Assembly (NCBI GenBank): GCA_965209085.1
Contig: OZ242376.1
Location: forward strand, 1,440,001 to 1,504,000
From: Nitrosopumilaceae archaeon
GTDB taxonomy: Archaea > Thermoproteota > Nitrososphaeria > Nitrososphaerales > Nitrosopumilaceae
Reading direction: 5' to 3'
Length of the DNA: 64,000 nt
Part shown: positions 10,627 to 21,236 of the stretch, piece after piece
Numbering within the stretch: the first letter of the stretch is position 1
Layout of the letters: each line of letters begins with the position of its first letter
Position numbers and translations under genes: made by a program
Notes under the pieces: model-generated
Told to the model about the DNA's origin: nothing
Seen by the model: only the letters and a program-made list of their open reading frames with translations
Database searches by the model: none

Positions 10627-12333
10627 ATGGACGAGAATCTCATAAAAGAGATCAGAGGTTTTGCCCTGCAAAACGCCAGTGCCCATGGCGGAAGCACTGA
10701 CTCAAAAATTATAGTTGGTAAAATTCTAGGTTCAAGACCGGAACTTCGTGCCATGACAGGGGAAATAATCCCGCAGATACAGTCCATTGTAAAGGAGGTA
10801 AACGCCATGTCTGCAGCGGATCAGAGCGTAGAATTGAAATCATCATATCCGGATCTTGCAAAACCAAAGCCAAAACAGGCGCAACGTGGACTCCCAGAGC
10901 TCAAAGATGCAAAAAAAGGTGGCGTGATTACAAGATTTCCGCCAGAACCTAGCGGTTATCCGCACATAGGACACGCAAAGGCTGCAATCATAAACGAACA
11001 GTACGTGCAAATGTACGGTGGCAAAAAAATACTCCGTATGGATGATACAAATCCGGAGAGTGAGAGACTCGAGTATTATGCTGCAATAAAAGTGGGTCTT
11101 GAGTGGCTTGGCATAGAATATGATATCGTAAAGAACACCTCTGATGATATCGACATGCTTTTGAGAAAGGGTGCTGCGCTTGCAAATTCCGGAGACATTT
11201 ATGTATGCACGTGCAAACGCGATCAGGTGCGCGATAACCGCGCGGCAAAAAAAGAATGCAAGTGCAGAAAACTTGACGTATCTGATGCAATGGAAAGATG
11301 GGACAAAATGTTTGAAAAATACAAACCTGGACAGGCTGTTGCAAGATTGCGCGGCGATATGAGCTCAGATAATACTGTAATGCGTGACCCCGTAATGTTC
11401 CGCATCGTAGAAGGCAAACATCCTCTGCTTGGAACAAAGTATCCGGTCTGGCCAAGCTATGATTTTGCAATATCCATAGAGGATAGTGTGGACGGCGTAA
11501 CTCATGCATTCCGCTCCAAAGAATACGAGATGCGCGCCCAGTTGTACTATGACATACTAGAGAGGCTCTCCATGAGAAAGCCTCAGGTTTTGGTCTTCTC
11601 AAGGCTCTCTTTGGATGGCATGCCCGTATCAAAGCGTCTGATAAGACCCCTCATAGAAGAGGGCAAGGTTTCAGGATACGATGATCCGCGCCTGCCCACC
11701 ATCGAGGCGCTAAAACGCAGAGGCATAACTTCTGATGCTGTAAGAAAATTCGTCATCTCTTTGGGCATGACAAAATCAGATACGATAGCCCCATTTGATT
11801 CGCTTGTGGCATTTAACAGACAGATTATAGATCCATCCTGTGTGAGGCTCTTTATGGTAAAAGAACCAGTAAAGTGTCTGATATCAGGTCCTCTCCCATC
11901 GGAGATTAAAATTGCAAACCATCCAACACAGGACATGGGAGAGCGTACGGTGCGCGTAAGCAGAAGCGTATATCTGGAGAAATCAGACGTTGATGGCCTA
12001 AAGTCTGGATCCATGCTGCGTCTTTTGGGGCTTGGCAATATTCGAATAAACAGAGTCGATGAACAGTTGGATGCTGAATACATAGATGATGATCACAGCT
12101 TGAAGATTCCAAAGGTGCAGTGGGTCTCAGAGGATGGAGCCTGCGAGGTAAAACTGTTGGTGCCCGGAGCCTTGTTCATCGGAGACAAGTTTAACGAAAA
12201 AAGCATGGTAGAGACAAAAACATTTGTAGAGGCACACTATGCATCTCTCAAAGAAGGACAGATGGCACAAATGGTTAGAGTCGGATACTGTAGAAAAGAA
12301 TCTCAAAAAATGGCAGTATACACCCACGGGTAG
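10627..12333 (+). CDS. gltX: glutamate--tRNA ligase (non-discriminating, archaeal type)
   Basis: TRFPPEPSGYPHIGH, VSKR and DDPRLPT. Confidence 0.96.
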   Translation: MDENLIKEIRGFALQNASAHGGSTDSKIIVGKILGSRPELRAMTGEIIPQIQSIVKEVNAMSAADQSVELKSSYPDLAKPKPKQAQRGLPELKDAKKGGVITRFPPEPSGYPHIGHAKAAIINEQYVQMYGGKKILRMDDTNPESERLEYYAAIKVGLEWLGIEYDIVKNTSDDIDMLLRKGAALANSGDIYVCTCKRDQVRDNRAAKKECKCRKLDVSDAMERWDKMFEKYKPGQAVARLRGDMSSDNTVMRDPVMFRIVEGKHPLLGTKYPVWPSYDFAISIEDSVDGVTHAFRSKEYEMRAQLYYDILERLSMRKPQVLVFSRLSLDGMPVSKRLIRPLIEEGKVSGYDDPRLPTIEALKRRGITSDAVRKFVISLGMTKSDTIAPFDSLVAFNRQIIDPSCVRLFMVKEPVKCLISGPLPSEIKIANHPTQDMGERTVRVSRSVYLEKSDVDGLKSGSMLRLLGLGNIRINRVDEQLDAEYIDDDHSLKIPKVQWVSEDGACEVKLLVPGALFIGDKFNEKSMVETKTFVEAHYASLKEGQMAQMVRVGYCRKESQKMAVYTHG

Positions 12334-12338
12334 TTTAA

Positions 12339-13202
12339 ATGAAAATTGCAAGAATAAAATTTGACGGTTATGAGACTTATGGTTTTGTCCGAAACGGCAA
12401 AATATCCACCAAAGATGAGATGATAGACAATACAGGCATACCCCTTCCCCAGGAAATCAAGGAATTTTTATTTGACGGCTGGTTTGAAGAGGTAATGCGT
12501 AAAAATCCAAAGCTGCCGTACGCATTAGATCTCTCAGATATTCAACTGCTCGCTCCGATTCCAAACCCGCCGAAGATAATCTGTCTTGCATTCAACTATT
12601 CAAAACATGCCAAAGAGCAGGGAGTCTCCTCGCCAAAAGATCCGGTTCCTGTGATGAAGCCCCGTACTGCCCTGTGCGGCAGTGGCGCTAAAATCGAGCT
12701 TGCAGATCCGGTAAAGGATCTAGATTACGAGGCAGAGCTTGCGCTGATAATTGGAAAGAGATGTAAAAATGCAAGTTTAGAGGATGCAAAAAAAGCCGTA
12801 TTTGGGTATATGGTGCTCAACGACGTTTCTGCCCGGGATATACAGTTCAAAGACGGACAGTTTACCCGTGCAAAAGGATTTGATACGTTTGCTCCGTGCG
12901 GTCCGTGGATTACAACAGCAGATGAGATAAATGATCCCAATAATCTGTATATAAAAACAAGGGTAAATGATCAGATGCGTCAGAATTCATCCACTAGTAA
13001 GATGACTGTAAAACCGTACGAGGTTGTATCAAAACTAAGCTCCACCATGACTTTGGAGAGTGGGGATATCATATCAACAGGAACTCCGGCCGGCGTCGTT
13101 TTGGGCAGCAATTTGAAATATCTGCAGGATGGAGACGTTATTCACATTGAAATTGAAAATCTTGGCCACATTAGCAACACCGTAAAAGACATCAGAGGGT
13201 AG
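12339..13202 (+). CDS. fumarylacetoacetate hydrolase family protein
   Basis: DYEAEL, NDVSARD, KGFDTFAP and GDIISTGTP. Confidence 0.92.
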   Translation: MKIARIKFDGYETYGFVRNGKISTKDEMIDNTGIPLPQEIKEFLFDGWFEEVMRKNPKLPYALDLSDIQLLAPIPNPPKIICLAFNYSKHAKEQGVSSPKDPVPVMKPRTALCGSGAKIELADPVKDLDYEAELALIIGKRCKNASLEDAKKAVFGYMVLNDVSARDIQFKDGQFTRAKGFDTFAPCGPWITTADEINDPNNLYIKTRVNDQMRQNSSTSKMTVKPYEVVSKLSSTMTLESGDIISTGTPAGVVLGSNLKYLQDGDVIHIEIENLGHISNTVKDIRG

Positions 13203-14091
13203 ATTTTCTGTATGCAAGCATGCATGCGCCATATACGCCGGCAGCGTCTCCGAGTTTGTTTTTTAATATCGGGGTTTTTACATTGCCCAATCCTAACTGG
13301 TGCATCCGCATTGCCCCTTCGGTGTACAAAAAATCCACATTTGATACTCCGCCTCCCAGTATTATCACGTCCGGATCAAGTATTGCCACAACGTTTCCAA
13401 GCCCCACTGCAAAGTCGTGCAAAAATTCATCTTTCCACCGCATCTCTGCCTTGCCATCTCCAAGGGATTGGATTATCTCTTTTAGCGGTTTTTTTGCATT
13501 TCCTGTCAGATTTGACCATCTCTGCTCCAATGCCGTGCCAGAGATGTGCGCCTCTACGCATCCGTATTTGCCGCAATAGCATGCAAATCCTCCGCTAGGA
13601 TGTATGCTATGATGCCCCCATTCGCCTGCAGCATACGTGGCACCTCCGTATATGCTGCCGTTTATCACGATGCCGCCTCCCACGCCAGTTCCCATTATTG
13701 CGCCAAAGACGGTTCCGTATCCCATTCCAGATCCTGCAGCCGATTCGGCCAGGGCAAAACAGTTTGCATCATTTTCCACTGTAACGTTTATTCCAAGTTT
13801 TTGCTGTAAATCGGATGTAAAATTTTTTCCAGCAAGACACTGCGTATTGCTGTTTTTTATTATTCCCGTCGGGGCACTTCCGGGTGTGCATATTCCAACA
13901 GGACATATGCCGGATGATGAATTTTTCACAAGATCTTTTACCATACGTGTAATTGTTTCCAGTATTTTTTCATAATCGTTTTTTGGAGTTTGCAGACGTA
14001 TTTTTTTAATATGATTTGTGGCAAAACCGGATACAAAAACGCCTTCTATCTTTGTTCCACCCAAATCTATGCCGACACATTCGTACGGCAT
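13192..14091 (-). CDS. ROK-family sugar kinase
   Basis: GIDLGGTK, ENDANCFALAE, GTGVGGG, GEWGH and CYCGKYGCVE. Confidence 0.92.
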   Translation of the reverse strand: MPYECVGIDLGGTKIEGVFVSGFATNHIKKIRLQTPKNDYEKILETITRMVKDLVKNSSSGICPVGICTPGSAPTGIIKNSNTQCLAGKNFTSDLQQKLGINVTVENDANCFALAESAAGSGMGYGTVFGAIMGTGVGGGIVINGSIYGGATYAAGEWGHHSIHPSGGFACYCGKYGCVEAHISGTALEQRWSNLTGNAKKPLKEIIQSLGDGKAEMRWKDEFLHDFAVGLGNVVAILDPDVIILGGGVSNVDFLYTEGAMRMHQLGLGNVKTPILKNKLGDAAGVYGACMLAYRKSTL

Positions 14092-14108
14092 TGTACAGCA
14101 GATTATCC

Positions 14109-15734
14109 TTATCCCATTGGCGGCATGCCGCCGGCAGATCCTGGACCTCCGGATACGGCAATGACGTCATCTATACGTAATATCATGGTTGCAGCCTCTG
14201 TTGCTGATTTTACAATCTGCTCTTTGACCGCCGTTGGTTCCACGATATCAAGATGAAACATGTCTACGATTTTTGAATTTCTAGCATCAATGCCGGTCCA
14301 TTTCTGACCCTGGCTTTGTTTTGCACGAAGCGTTGCCAAAGTATCAATTGGATCCATTCCAGCATTCTCAGATATTGTCATAGGTATTGATTCTAGCGCT
14401 TCTGCGTATTTTTTAATCGCAAGCTGCTCTCTGCCGTCAAAAGCGTTCGCCCATTCCTTTAGATTCATTGCAATATACGCTTCTGGAGATCCGCCGCCTG
14501 CCACAATGGAGGGTTTTTCGATCACATCTTTGACAACCATGAGGGAGTCATGGATTGAACGATCAACCTCGTCTATTACGCGCTGTGTTCCGCCGCGTAT
14601 CAAGAGCGTGACAGAGCGAGGGTTGCTGCATCCTTCTATGAAGACCCACTTGTCTGATTCTATTTTTCGCTGTTCAACCTTGTTTGCGTTTCCAAGATCA
14701 GCTGAGGTTATATCGTTAATGTTTGATATTACCCGACCGCCTGTGGCTTTGGCAAGTTTTGTCATGTCACTTTCTTTGATACGGCGTACTGCCAAAATTC
14801 CGTATTTTGCAAGATAGTGCTGTGCCAAATCGTCTATGCCTTTTTGACACAGTAATACGTTTACTCCCGCGTTGTGCAGTTTGTCCACCATTGTCTTTAG
14901 CATGCGGTTTTCCTCATCTAGAAACATCTGCATTTGGTTTGGGTCGCTAATTCTAATTTCAGAGCTAATCTCAGTTTTTTCAATTTCCAAAGCTGAGTTA
15001 AACAGTGCAATCTTTGCATTTTGCATGCGTGTTGGCATTCCACTGTGTACAACTTCTTTGTCCAATACAATTCCTTTAATGACTGAAGTATCCTGGATTG
15101 ATCCTCCCGCTTTTTTCTCGACTTTGATGTCATCTAGATCAACTGTAAATTTTTCCGCGTTTCTTACCACAATACTCATAATTGCTTTTACCACCACTTT
15201 GGAGAGCGGATCCCCGTCTTCGGAGATTAATTTTGACTGCATACTGGTTTTTGCAATTTTTAGTAAAATTTCCTCATCATCGGGTTTTACTATTTTGGCC
15301 ATGCCTTGCAACAGTTCCAGTGTTTTTTCTGATGCCAACTGATATCCTTCAACGATTACGGATGAATGGACGTTTCTTTTGAGTAAATCTTCGGCTTTTT
15401 CTAACAGGGCACCGCCAAACACCACAGATGATGTTGTGCCATCGCCTACTTCGTTGTCCACGGTTTTTGCAATTTCAACCATCATTTTTGCCGCAGGATG
15501 CTGCACGTCTATCTCTTTTAGTATTGTCGCACCATCGTTTGTTATCGTGACATCGCCCAGCGAGTCAACAAGCATCTTGTCCAAACCACGAGGACCAAGG
15601 CTAGATCGCACCAAATCTGCTACAAGTTTTGCAGCCGTAATGTTGTTTTGCTGTGCTTCCTTGCCTTTTTGCTGCAGGGCACTCTCTTTAAGGACTATAA
15701 CAGGACCCTGAGGAGTTTGCTGTATTGATGCCAT
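14109..15734 (-). CDS. ths: thermosome (group II chaperonin) subunit
   Basis: LGPRGLDKML, TNDGATIL, GDGTT and ILRIDD. Confidence 0.97.
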   Translation of the reverse strand: MASIQQTPQGPVIVLKESALQQKGKEAQQNNITAAKLVADLVRSSLGPRGLDKMLVDSLGDVTITNDGATILKEIDVQHPAAKMMVEIAKTVDNEVGDGTTSSVVFGGALLEKAEDLLKRNVHSSVIVEGYQLASEKTLELLQGMAKIVKPDDEEILLKIAKTSMQSKLISEDGDPLSKVVVKAIMSIVVRNAEKFTVDLDDIKVEKKAGGSIQDTSVIKGIVLDKEVVHSGMPTRMQNAKIALFNSALEIEKTEISSEIRISDPNQMQMFLDEENRMLKTMVDKLHNAGVNVLLCQKGIDDLAQHYLAKYGILAVRRIKESDMTKLAKATGGRVISNINDITSADLGNANKVEQRKIESDKWVFIEGCSNPRSVTLLIRGGTQRVIDEVDRSIHDSLMVVKDVIEKPSIVAGGGSPEAYIAMNLKEWANAFDGREQLAIKKYAEALESIPMTISENAGMDPIDTLATLRAKQSQGQKWTGIDARNSKIVDMFHLDIVEPTAVKEQIVKSATEAATMILRIDDVIAVSGGPGSAGGMPPMG

Positions 15735-15779
15735 GAATTTAATCTATAATGAACCCATATTTATGATGTTCGTATGCGA

Positions 15780-17543
15780 TTATTGCAGTGGTTTTACGTA
15801 TGCGTGCTCTTTTACGTTTACAATGCCCCCGGCAGTTATCCTCACCGAAGGTATTGCTAAAAACGGCAAAAACAGCGGTACAAGATGAGGTCTTGAAAAA
15901 TTGCAGCCAGCATCATGCAAAATGTCACCTATTAATGCAAAGTTTTTTTCCACCTTGTTGAACGGATCAGAGGAGATTATGCCACCCACCTGTAGTGGCA
16001 TTTTGGCCAAGGTTTTTCCATCTTTGGTAACTGCCATACCGCCTCCGGACGAGCTGGCCTCATTTGCGGCAAGTGCCATATCCTGCTCGTTTGTACCAAG
16101 TACAATCAGATTGTTTTCATGAAAACTCCACGTGGATGCAAATGCGCCCACTTGTGCGCCAAAATTTTCAAGAAATCCCACCGCATGTTTGCCTCCAAGT
16201 CTGAGCCTATCAAATGCTGCAACTTTCCAGATATCCTTCCCAGGTGATGCACAGACGTTATTATCCCGTACCTCAAGTTGTGCCAAAGAAGCTCTTGTAA
16301 CAATTTCTGTTTCCATGCGTATAACGTTTGCAATTGCCTCATTGGAGTGTGATTTTATAGCAAAATCTTTTGCATGTAATTTTGCAATTTTTACCGTTTT
16401 GTACAGCCATGAAGGAATTGCGGGTTTTTTTGCACGCCGTATGATTTTACCTTTTGATGCGACCAGCGTACCTCCGAGAAACACTTTGTCGATGTTGCAT
16501 GGTTTTTTCAAATTTTCTAAAACCAACATGTCTGCAAGTCGTCCCGGCGCTATTCCCCCAAGGTCTCCGGACATTCCATAATAATCAAAACAGTTTCTAG
16601 ACGCGATTGTTATCGCCCGTACCGGATCCATTCCAAGATCTATTGATTTTTGCACGCAATGATCAATATGGCCGAATTTTTGTATATCTTTTGTATCCAA
16701 TCCGTCCGTACAGAACATCATACGATCCGTGTACGTATTTTTTAAGAGAACGTCGTTTATGATACGATCCAAATCCCGCCGTATGGATCCCTCGCGCACC
16801 ATTACCCACATGCCAAGTCTGAGGCGTTCAATAGTCTGTGCAAAATCAGTGGGTTCATGGCACGAAATGATTCCTGATGCAACGTATGCGGCAAGTTTTT
16901 TTCCCGAAGCTCCGGCAGTATGGCCGTTTACAATGCAATTCTCATCTAGTGCATATCCAATTTTACGCATTGTTTTACGATCCTGGTTTGTAACCTTTGT
17001 CCAGGAAAACACCTCGCCAAGTCCCACTGTGTCAGAATCACGCAGTGCGGATTTTTCCTGTGATTCTGTCAGTGATTTTGCGCCGCTGAATTTTGGATCT
17101 ACTGGAAGTCCTCCCGGAATGGTGTGAAATATTCTCATCGGCGTGCATTTTGTCATTTTTTGAAATGCTAAAAATCCCCGATATCCGGCGACGCTTGTGA
17201 TATCTATTGAATCGGCAAACAGTGTGGTTGTTCCATGCAAGAGTGATTTTTCTGCCAAATCCCATGGCAGTACAAATTGGTCAATGTGCGTATGAGGATC
17301 CGCAAATCCTGGAACAAGGTATTTTCCGTCCATCTGATAGGTTTTTGTTCTTGACCCTATGGTATGTGCCGCATCATATCCCACATATGCAATGCGTCCG
17401 TTCGCCACGGCAATCTGCGTATCTGGAATAATCTCTCCAGTATACACAGAAACAAGCGTACATCCTCCAAGTACAAGATCAGCTTTTTTCCGCCCCATAG
17501 CCACGTCGTTTAACACGTTTATCGATTTAGAGAGTTTTTCCAC
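15780..17543 (-). CDS. ade: adenine deaminase
   Basis: PGFADPHTHID, GHT, CHE, REGS and CTD amidohydrolase motifs plus the Ade C-terminal domain. Confidence 0.88.
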   Translation of the reverse strand: MEKLSKSINVLNDVAMGRKKADLVLGGCTLVSVYTGEIIPDTQIAVANGRIAYVGYDAAHTIGSRTKTYQMDGKYLVPGFADPHTHIDQFVLPWDLAEKSLLHGTTTLFADSIDITSVAGYRGFLAFQKMTKCTPMRIFHTIPGGLPVDPKFSGAKSLTESQEKSALRDSDTVGLGEVFSWTKVTNQDRKTMRKIGYALDENCIVNGHTAGASGKKLAAYVASGIISCHEPTDFAQTIERLRLGMWVMVREGSIRRDLDRIINDVLLKNTYTDRMMFCTDGLDTKDIQKFGHIDHCVQKSIDLGMDPVRAITIASRNCFDYYGMSGDLGGIAPGRLADMLVLENLKKPCNIDKVFLGGTLVASKGKIIRRAKKPAIPSWLYKTVKIAKLHAKDFAIKSHSNEAIANVIRMETEIVTRASLAQLEVRDNNVCASPGKDIWKVAAFDRLRLGGKHAVGFLENFGAQVGAFASTWSFHENNLIVLGTNEQDMALAANEASSSGGGMAVTKDGKTLAKMPLQVGGIISSDPFNKVEKNFALIGDILHDAGCNFSRPHLVPLFLPFLAIPSVRITAGGIVNVKEHAYVKPLQ

Positions 17544-17677
17544 ACATATTTTCAGACGTTTGTCCTAAATTAATTATAGCAACTTGAATCCATAGGTGCG
17601 CATTTTTAGAATTGTATTATCGTATATTGGGCAAGAATTTTTTAATCTTTAAATTGAAGACTAGAGGCATCACGCCT

Positions 17678-17959
17678 ATGAACTATCCAAAGGAGATCAA
17701 AAGATACTGTCCAAAATGCAATAAACACACCACACAAAAGGTCTCCATATACAAGCCAGGAAAACGCAGGGCTTCTGCCATAGGGGAAAGACGTCACGCA
17801 GAAGATAAAAAAGGCTATGGGGGTCAGAAATTTCCAAAACTTGCAAAACCTGCCAAAGTAACGAAAAAAATTACGCGTCTGCTTACATGTCCAGTATGCA
17901 AAAAGAAATTCAACACATATGGAATCAGAATCAAGAAATTTGAGTTGGTGGCAGTATGA
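17678..17959 (+). CDS. rpl44e: 50S ribosomal protein L44e
   Basis: YCPKCNKHT, GYGGQKFP and CPVC. Confidence 0.95.
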   Translation: MNYPKEIKRYCPKCNKHTTQKVSIYKPGKRRASAIGERRHAEDKKGYGGQKFPKLAKPAKVTKKITRLLTCPVCKKKFNTYGIRIKKFELVAV

Positions 17960-18153
17960 AGAGAAACCATGTCCTAATTCCCGAACCAAGGAGTAATTTT
18001 AACAAAGTAAAATGCGACGAATGCAATGAAGAACAAATCGTATACTCTCATGCATCCACGCGCGTTACATGCAATTCGTGCGGAAATGACTTGGCAACTC
18101 CAACCGGATCTCTAGCCAAAATAAACGGAACAGTTTCAGGCAAAGTTGATTAA
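17956..18153 (+). CDS. rps27e: 30S ribosomal protein S27e
   Basis: FNKVKCDECNEEQIVYSHA...CNSCG. Confidence 0.95.
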   Translation: MKRNHVLIPEPRSNFNKVKCDECNEEQIVYSHASTRVTCNSCGNDLATPTGSLAKINGTVSGKVD

Positions 18154-18717
18154 ATTTTCATAATCTTGCATCGTATTGATGTTTGTTCCCAGTTTTATCT
18201 CATCAAATATGACGTAATCCTCCCTTACCGGCGTATTTTTTCCAGCATATGAAGATGCATCTATCAGCATTGCTCCTGTATGCACGCATTCATTTTCCGT
18301 TCCAGGTCCGATAATTCCCAAAACGTCTGAAAATTTTTTTGTCATTACAAAGCTTGTCCAAACTGAATCTTTTTTGCACATTTTGATCATGCGCGTTAAC
18401 GTTTGTAAATCAAGAAGCGGCATATCGCCTGAAATTATCAAAACTTTTCCTTGCATATTTTCTAGCACATCCCCAAGATCTTCAGAATATCCATATCCGG
18501 CAGTACGTATTGTATGCATGCCCGCGCCTGCCAATACTGCTGCAGTATCTGGAGCGTTTGCGCTTGTAGCGCACAATATGCGGTCAAATAATCCAGAATC
18601 TGACAAAATTTTTACAGTGCGCACCACCATCGCCTCCCCGTTTATCTCCAACAACAGTTTCTCTCCGGCAGATTTCATACGGGTGCCGCGTCCACCTGCC
18701 ATCACTACGGCGTTCAT
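18136..18717 (-). CDS. cobY: adenosylcobinamide-phosphate guanylyltransferase
   Basis: MAGGRGTRM...EK...GDMP...NINT NTP-transferase motifs; lies in the cob operon. Confidence 0.8.
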   Translation of the reverse strand: MNAVVMAGGRGTRMKSAGEKLLLEINGEAMVVRTVKILSDSGLFDRILCATSANAPDTAAVLAGAGMHTIRTAGYGYSEDLGDVLENMQGKVLIISGDMPLLDLQTLTRMIKMCKKDSVWTSFVMTKKFSDVLGIIGPGTENECVHTGAMLIDASSYAGKNTPVREDYVIFDEIKLGTNINTMQDYENLINFA

Positions 18718-19445
18718 GAGAGCACTACGTACGTGATGACAAACGATACTCGTCCTATCTCGTTTGCAGCTCCGATTACGTCCCCGGTTATTCCTCCAAA
18801 TCCGCGCTCTGCCAAAATTACAATTAAAACTGCTGCAATAGATGAGCATGCAATGGCTGCAATGGCTACAGGTCCTCCAAAGAGTGCCAAAGGGGCTAAA
18901 GCTGTGGCGGATGCGACATAAAGTCTCCATCTATGGCGCATTGCACGCACAAACGGCACACTAGAGCCTGTTTTTGAAGATGATCCAACAGATGCCACAA
19001 GCACCATGGAGAATTTTGCCGAAGATTCGCCAAAGAGCAGTATCCAAAAAATTGCCTCCCCGTCTGCAACCGAAAGGGCTGCCACCATTGCTGCGACATA
19101 CAATGTGATTGCTGCAACCCCTCCGGTTCCAACCGATACGTCCCTCATTGCGGCCAATTTTTCAGATATGGTGCCGCGCCTCATCAGTCCGTCTGCAAAA
19201 TCTGCCAGTCCGTCCGTATGGTGCAGTCCAGTAATCAGCATTGTTGCTGCAACCAGAAAAAATGCCGCAATTATATGATCCACTCCGGCATAATACAGTC
19301 CAAGACCTGCCATTCCAAGTACAAATCCCATTAAAAGACCGATGGCAGGAAATGCGTGCATGTTTTTTGCAGTATCCTCCAGCGTGTGCGAACCGGAGGG
19401 AACAATTGTTAAAAATGAAAAAACGGCAGAAAACATGTTAGACAT
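18714..19445 (-). CDS. cobS: adenosylcobinamide-GDP ribazoletransferase
   Basis: TGLHHTDGLADFADG, MRD and FGGITGDVIGA. Confidence 0.93.
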   Translation of the reverse strand: MSNMFSAVFSFLTIVPSGSHTLEDTAKNMHAFPAIGLLMGFVLGMAGLGLYYAGVDHIIAAFFLVAATMLITGLHHTDGLADFADGLMRRGTISEKLAAMRDVSVGTGGVAAITLYVAAMVAALSVADGEAIFWILLFGESSAKFSMVLVASVGSSSKTGSSVPFVRAMRHRWRLYVASATALAPLALFGGPVAIAAIACSSIAAVLIVILAERGFGGITGDVIGAANEIGRVSFVITYVVLS

Positions 19446-20412
19446 AAACCCACCATCCCACATAAGAGAGTGCTGCAATTACGGGCAGTACAAACATGAC
19501 GCAGAAAATTAACGCGCATGTTTTCATAATGCGTAAAGCATCCCGGATATGCGCCGTGTTTAGCGGTTTGTTCCCCCCGCATATTGTATAATGGCCTGAT
19601 TTTTCAAGCGTAACGCAAAGTGCCCCGGCAAGTGCTGCCATCGGATACCCAGCGTTTATACTCTGCGTGCACGAGCTGTGTTTTCTCATTATCTTGTATG
19701 AATTTTTCCAGTCCATTCCAAGCAAGGCCGCAGAGAAGATCATAGCATATGCTGTAAGTCTTGATGGAAGATAGTTTAGTATTGTATCACATACGGCTGC
19801 AAATCGTCCAAGATTTAAAAAAATTCCGTTTTTGTATCCAATCATGGAATCTGCCGTGTTTATCGCCCGGTATACAAATGCGCCGGGCAATCCAAAGAAT
19901 GCAAAATAAAACATCGGTCCGGTTATCCCATCAGATGTATTCTCAGAGACGCTCTCAAGTGTTCCAGATACCAAATGTTCGTATTGCAGATTTCCGGTAC
20001 GGCGTTTTACAATCATGGCAAGATTCCCCCTGGCGCATTTTATGTCTCCAGCGTCCAGGGATTCAATTACACGTGTTGCATGCGCCTGCATTCCACGCAC
20101 GGCAATTGTGCTCTTTAACAACAGTATGCTAGAAATTGTCAAAACCAGCACCATTGCAGCACCTTTTAGCAATGCTGATACGGCATACTCTAGTGCAAAC
20201 AGCAGCGATGCGACCATAACGCATACTCCCATGACGCCTACAGCGCCCAGTAGCAGTTCTTCGCGCATTTTACCTGTTCTAAAATGCGGAATTATTTCAC
20301 CGTATATTCGGCCCATCCATGCAGTGGGATGGTATCTGCTTGGCGGATCTCCAAATAACATGTCAAGTGCCAGCGCAGATACTGCCACAATGGCTGCATA
20401 TTCTGGAATCAT
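19438..20412 (-). CDS. cbiB: adenosylcobinamide-phosphate synthase
   Basis: GDPP..HP, ESVSENTSDG, YRAINTADSMIGYK and NAGYPMAALAGAL. Confidence 0.93.
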   Translation of the reverse strand: MIPEYAAIVAVSALALDMLFGDPPSRYHPTAWMGRIYGEIIPHFRTGKMREELLLGAVGVMGVCVMVASLLFALEYAVSALLKGAAMVLVLTISSILLLKSTIAVRGMQAHATRVIESLDAGDIKCARGNLAMIVKRRTGNLQYEHLVSGTLESVSENTSDGITGPMFYFAFFGLPGAFVYRAINTADSMIGYKNGIFLNLGRFAAVCDTILNYLPSRLTAYAMIFSAALLGMDWKNSYKIMRKHSSCTQSINAGYPMAALAGALCVTLEKSGHYTICGGNKPLNTAHIRDALRIMKTCALIFCVMFVLPVIAALSYVGWWVYV

Positions 20413-21236
20413 TTCAGCATCCTCTCGATTGCCGCAATGTTTACGTTTTTGCGTACAATTTTGGCAATGTTTTCAATATTTCTCTCCAATGCATCACCGT
20501 TTTTCAATACGGAATTAAAAGATCCGCCCAAAGAGTCCTCCTCTGGCAGATTTGTTTTCACATACGGTACAAGACCCAGTACCGGTATGCCAATGAGTCT
20601 ATGCAGGCGAGCAAATCCTGGCTCTAGTATTTTTTTATCGCCCCGAAATTTGTTAAATATGCATCCTTTAACCAAATTCCTGTGTTTTTTTTGCAGCAAC
20701 TGCATCGTTCCGACAAGGCTTGCAAACGATCCGCCTCTGTCAATATCTGTAACAAGCAGCGTGGGAGTTTTCATAATGTTTGCAATACGCATGTTTGCAA
20801 TGTCATATTTTTGCAGATTTATCTCGGCCGGAGACCCGGCACCTTCTATTATTACAAGATCGTACAACTTGCAGAGTCTCTTTAGCGCAGCTGTTGCATG
20901 TTCGAATCCTTTTTTTGGTGCAAATTCATAGTATTCTTTTGCACTCATGATATTGCGGCGTTTTCCATCAACGTATACCGTACTGGAATTATCACTTTTT
21001 GGTTCCAATACGATCGGATTCATATCAGAGTTAGGTTTTATTCCCGCCGCAATTGCCTGAAGTGCCTGCGCCTGGGAAATTAAGAATCCATCCCCCCTGT
21101 ACGTAAAACGTGACATGTTTTGGGATTTAAAGGGTGCAACAGAATATCCCATTTTATGAAATAACCTACACATTGCCGCTACCAGCGTGGTCTTGCCCAC
21201 ATTGGAAGATGTGCCCTGCACCATGAGCGTATTCAT
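20409..21236 (-). CDS. cobQ: cobyric acid synthase, synthetase domain only (275 aa)
   Basis: MVQGTSSNVGKT, PFKSQNMS, IEGAGSPAEINL, DIDRGG, NKFRGD and PEEDS; no glutaminase domain follows. Confidence 0.88.
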   Translation of the reverse strand: MNTLMVQGTSSNVGKTTLVAAMCRLFHKMGYSVAPFKSQNMSRFTYRGDGFLISQAQALQAIAAGIKPNSDMNPIVLEPKSDNSSTVYVDGKRRNIMSAKEYYEFAPKKGFEHATAALKRLCKLYDLVIIEGAGSPAEINLQKYDIANMRIANIMKTPTLLVTDIDRGGSFASLVGTMQLLQKKHRNLVKGCIFNKFRGDKKILEPGFARLHRLIGIPVLGLVPYVKTNLPEEDSLGGSFNSVLKNGDALERNIENIAKIVRKNVNIAAIERMLK

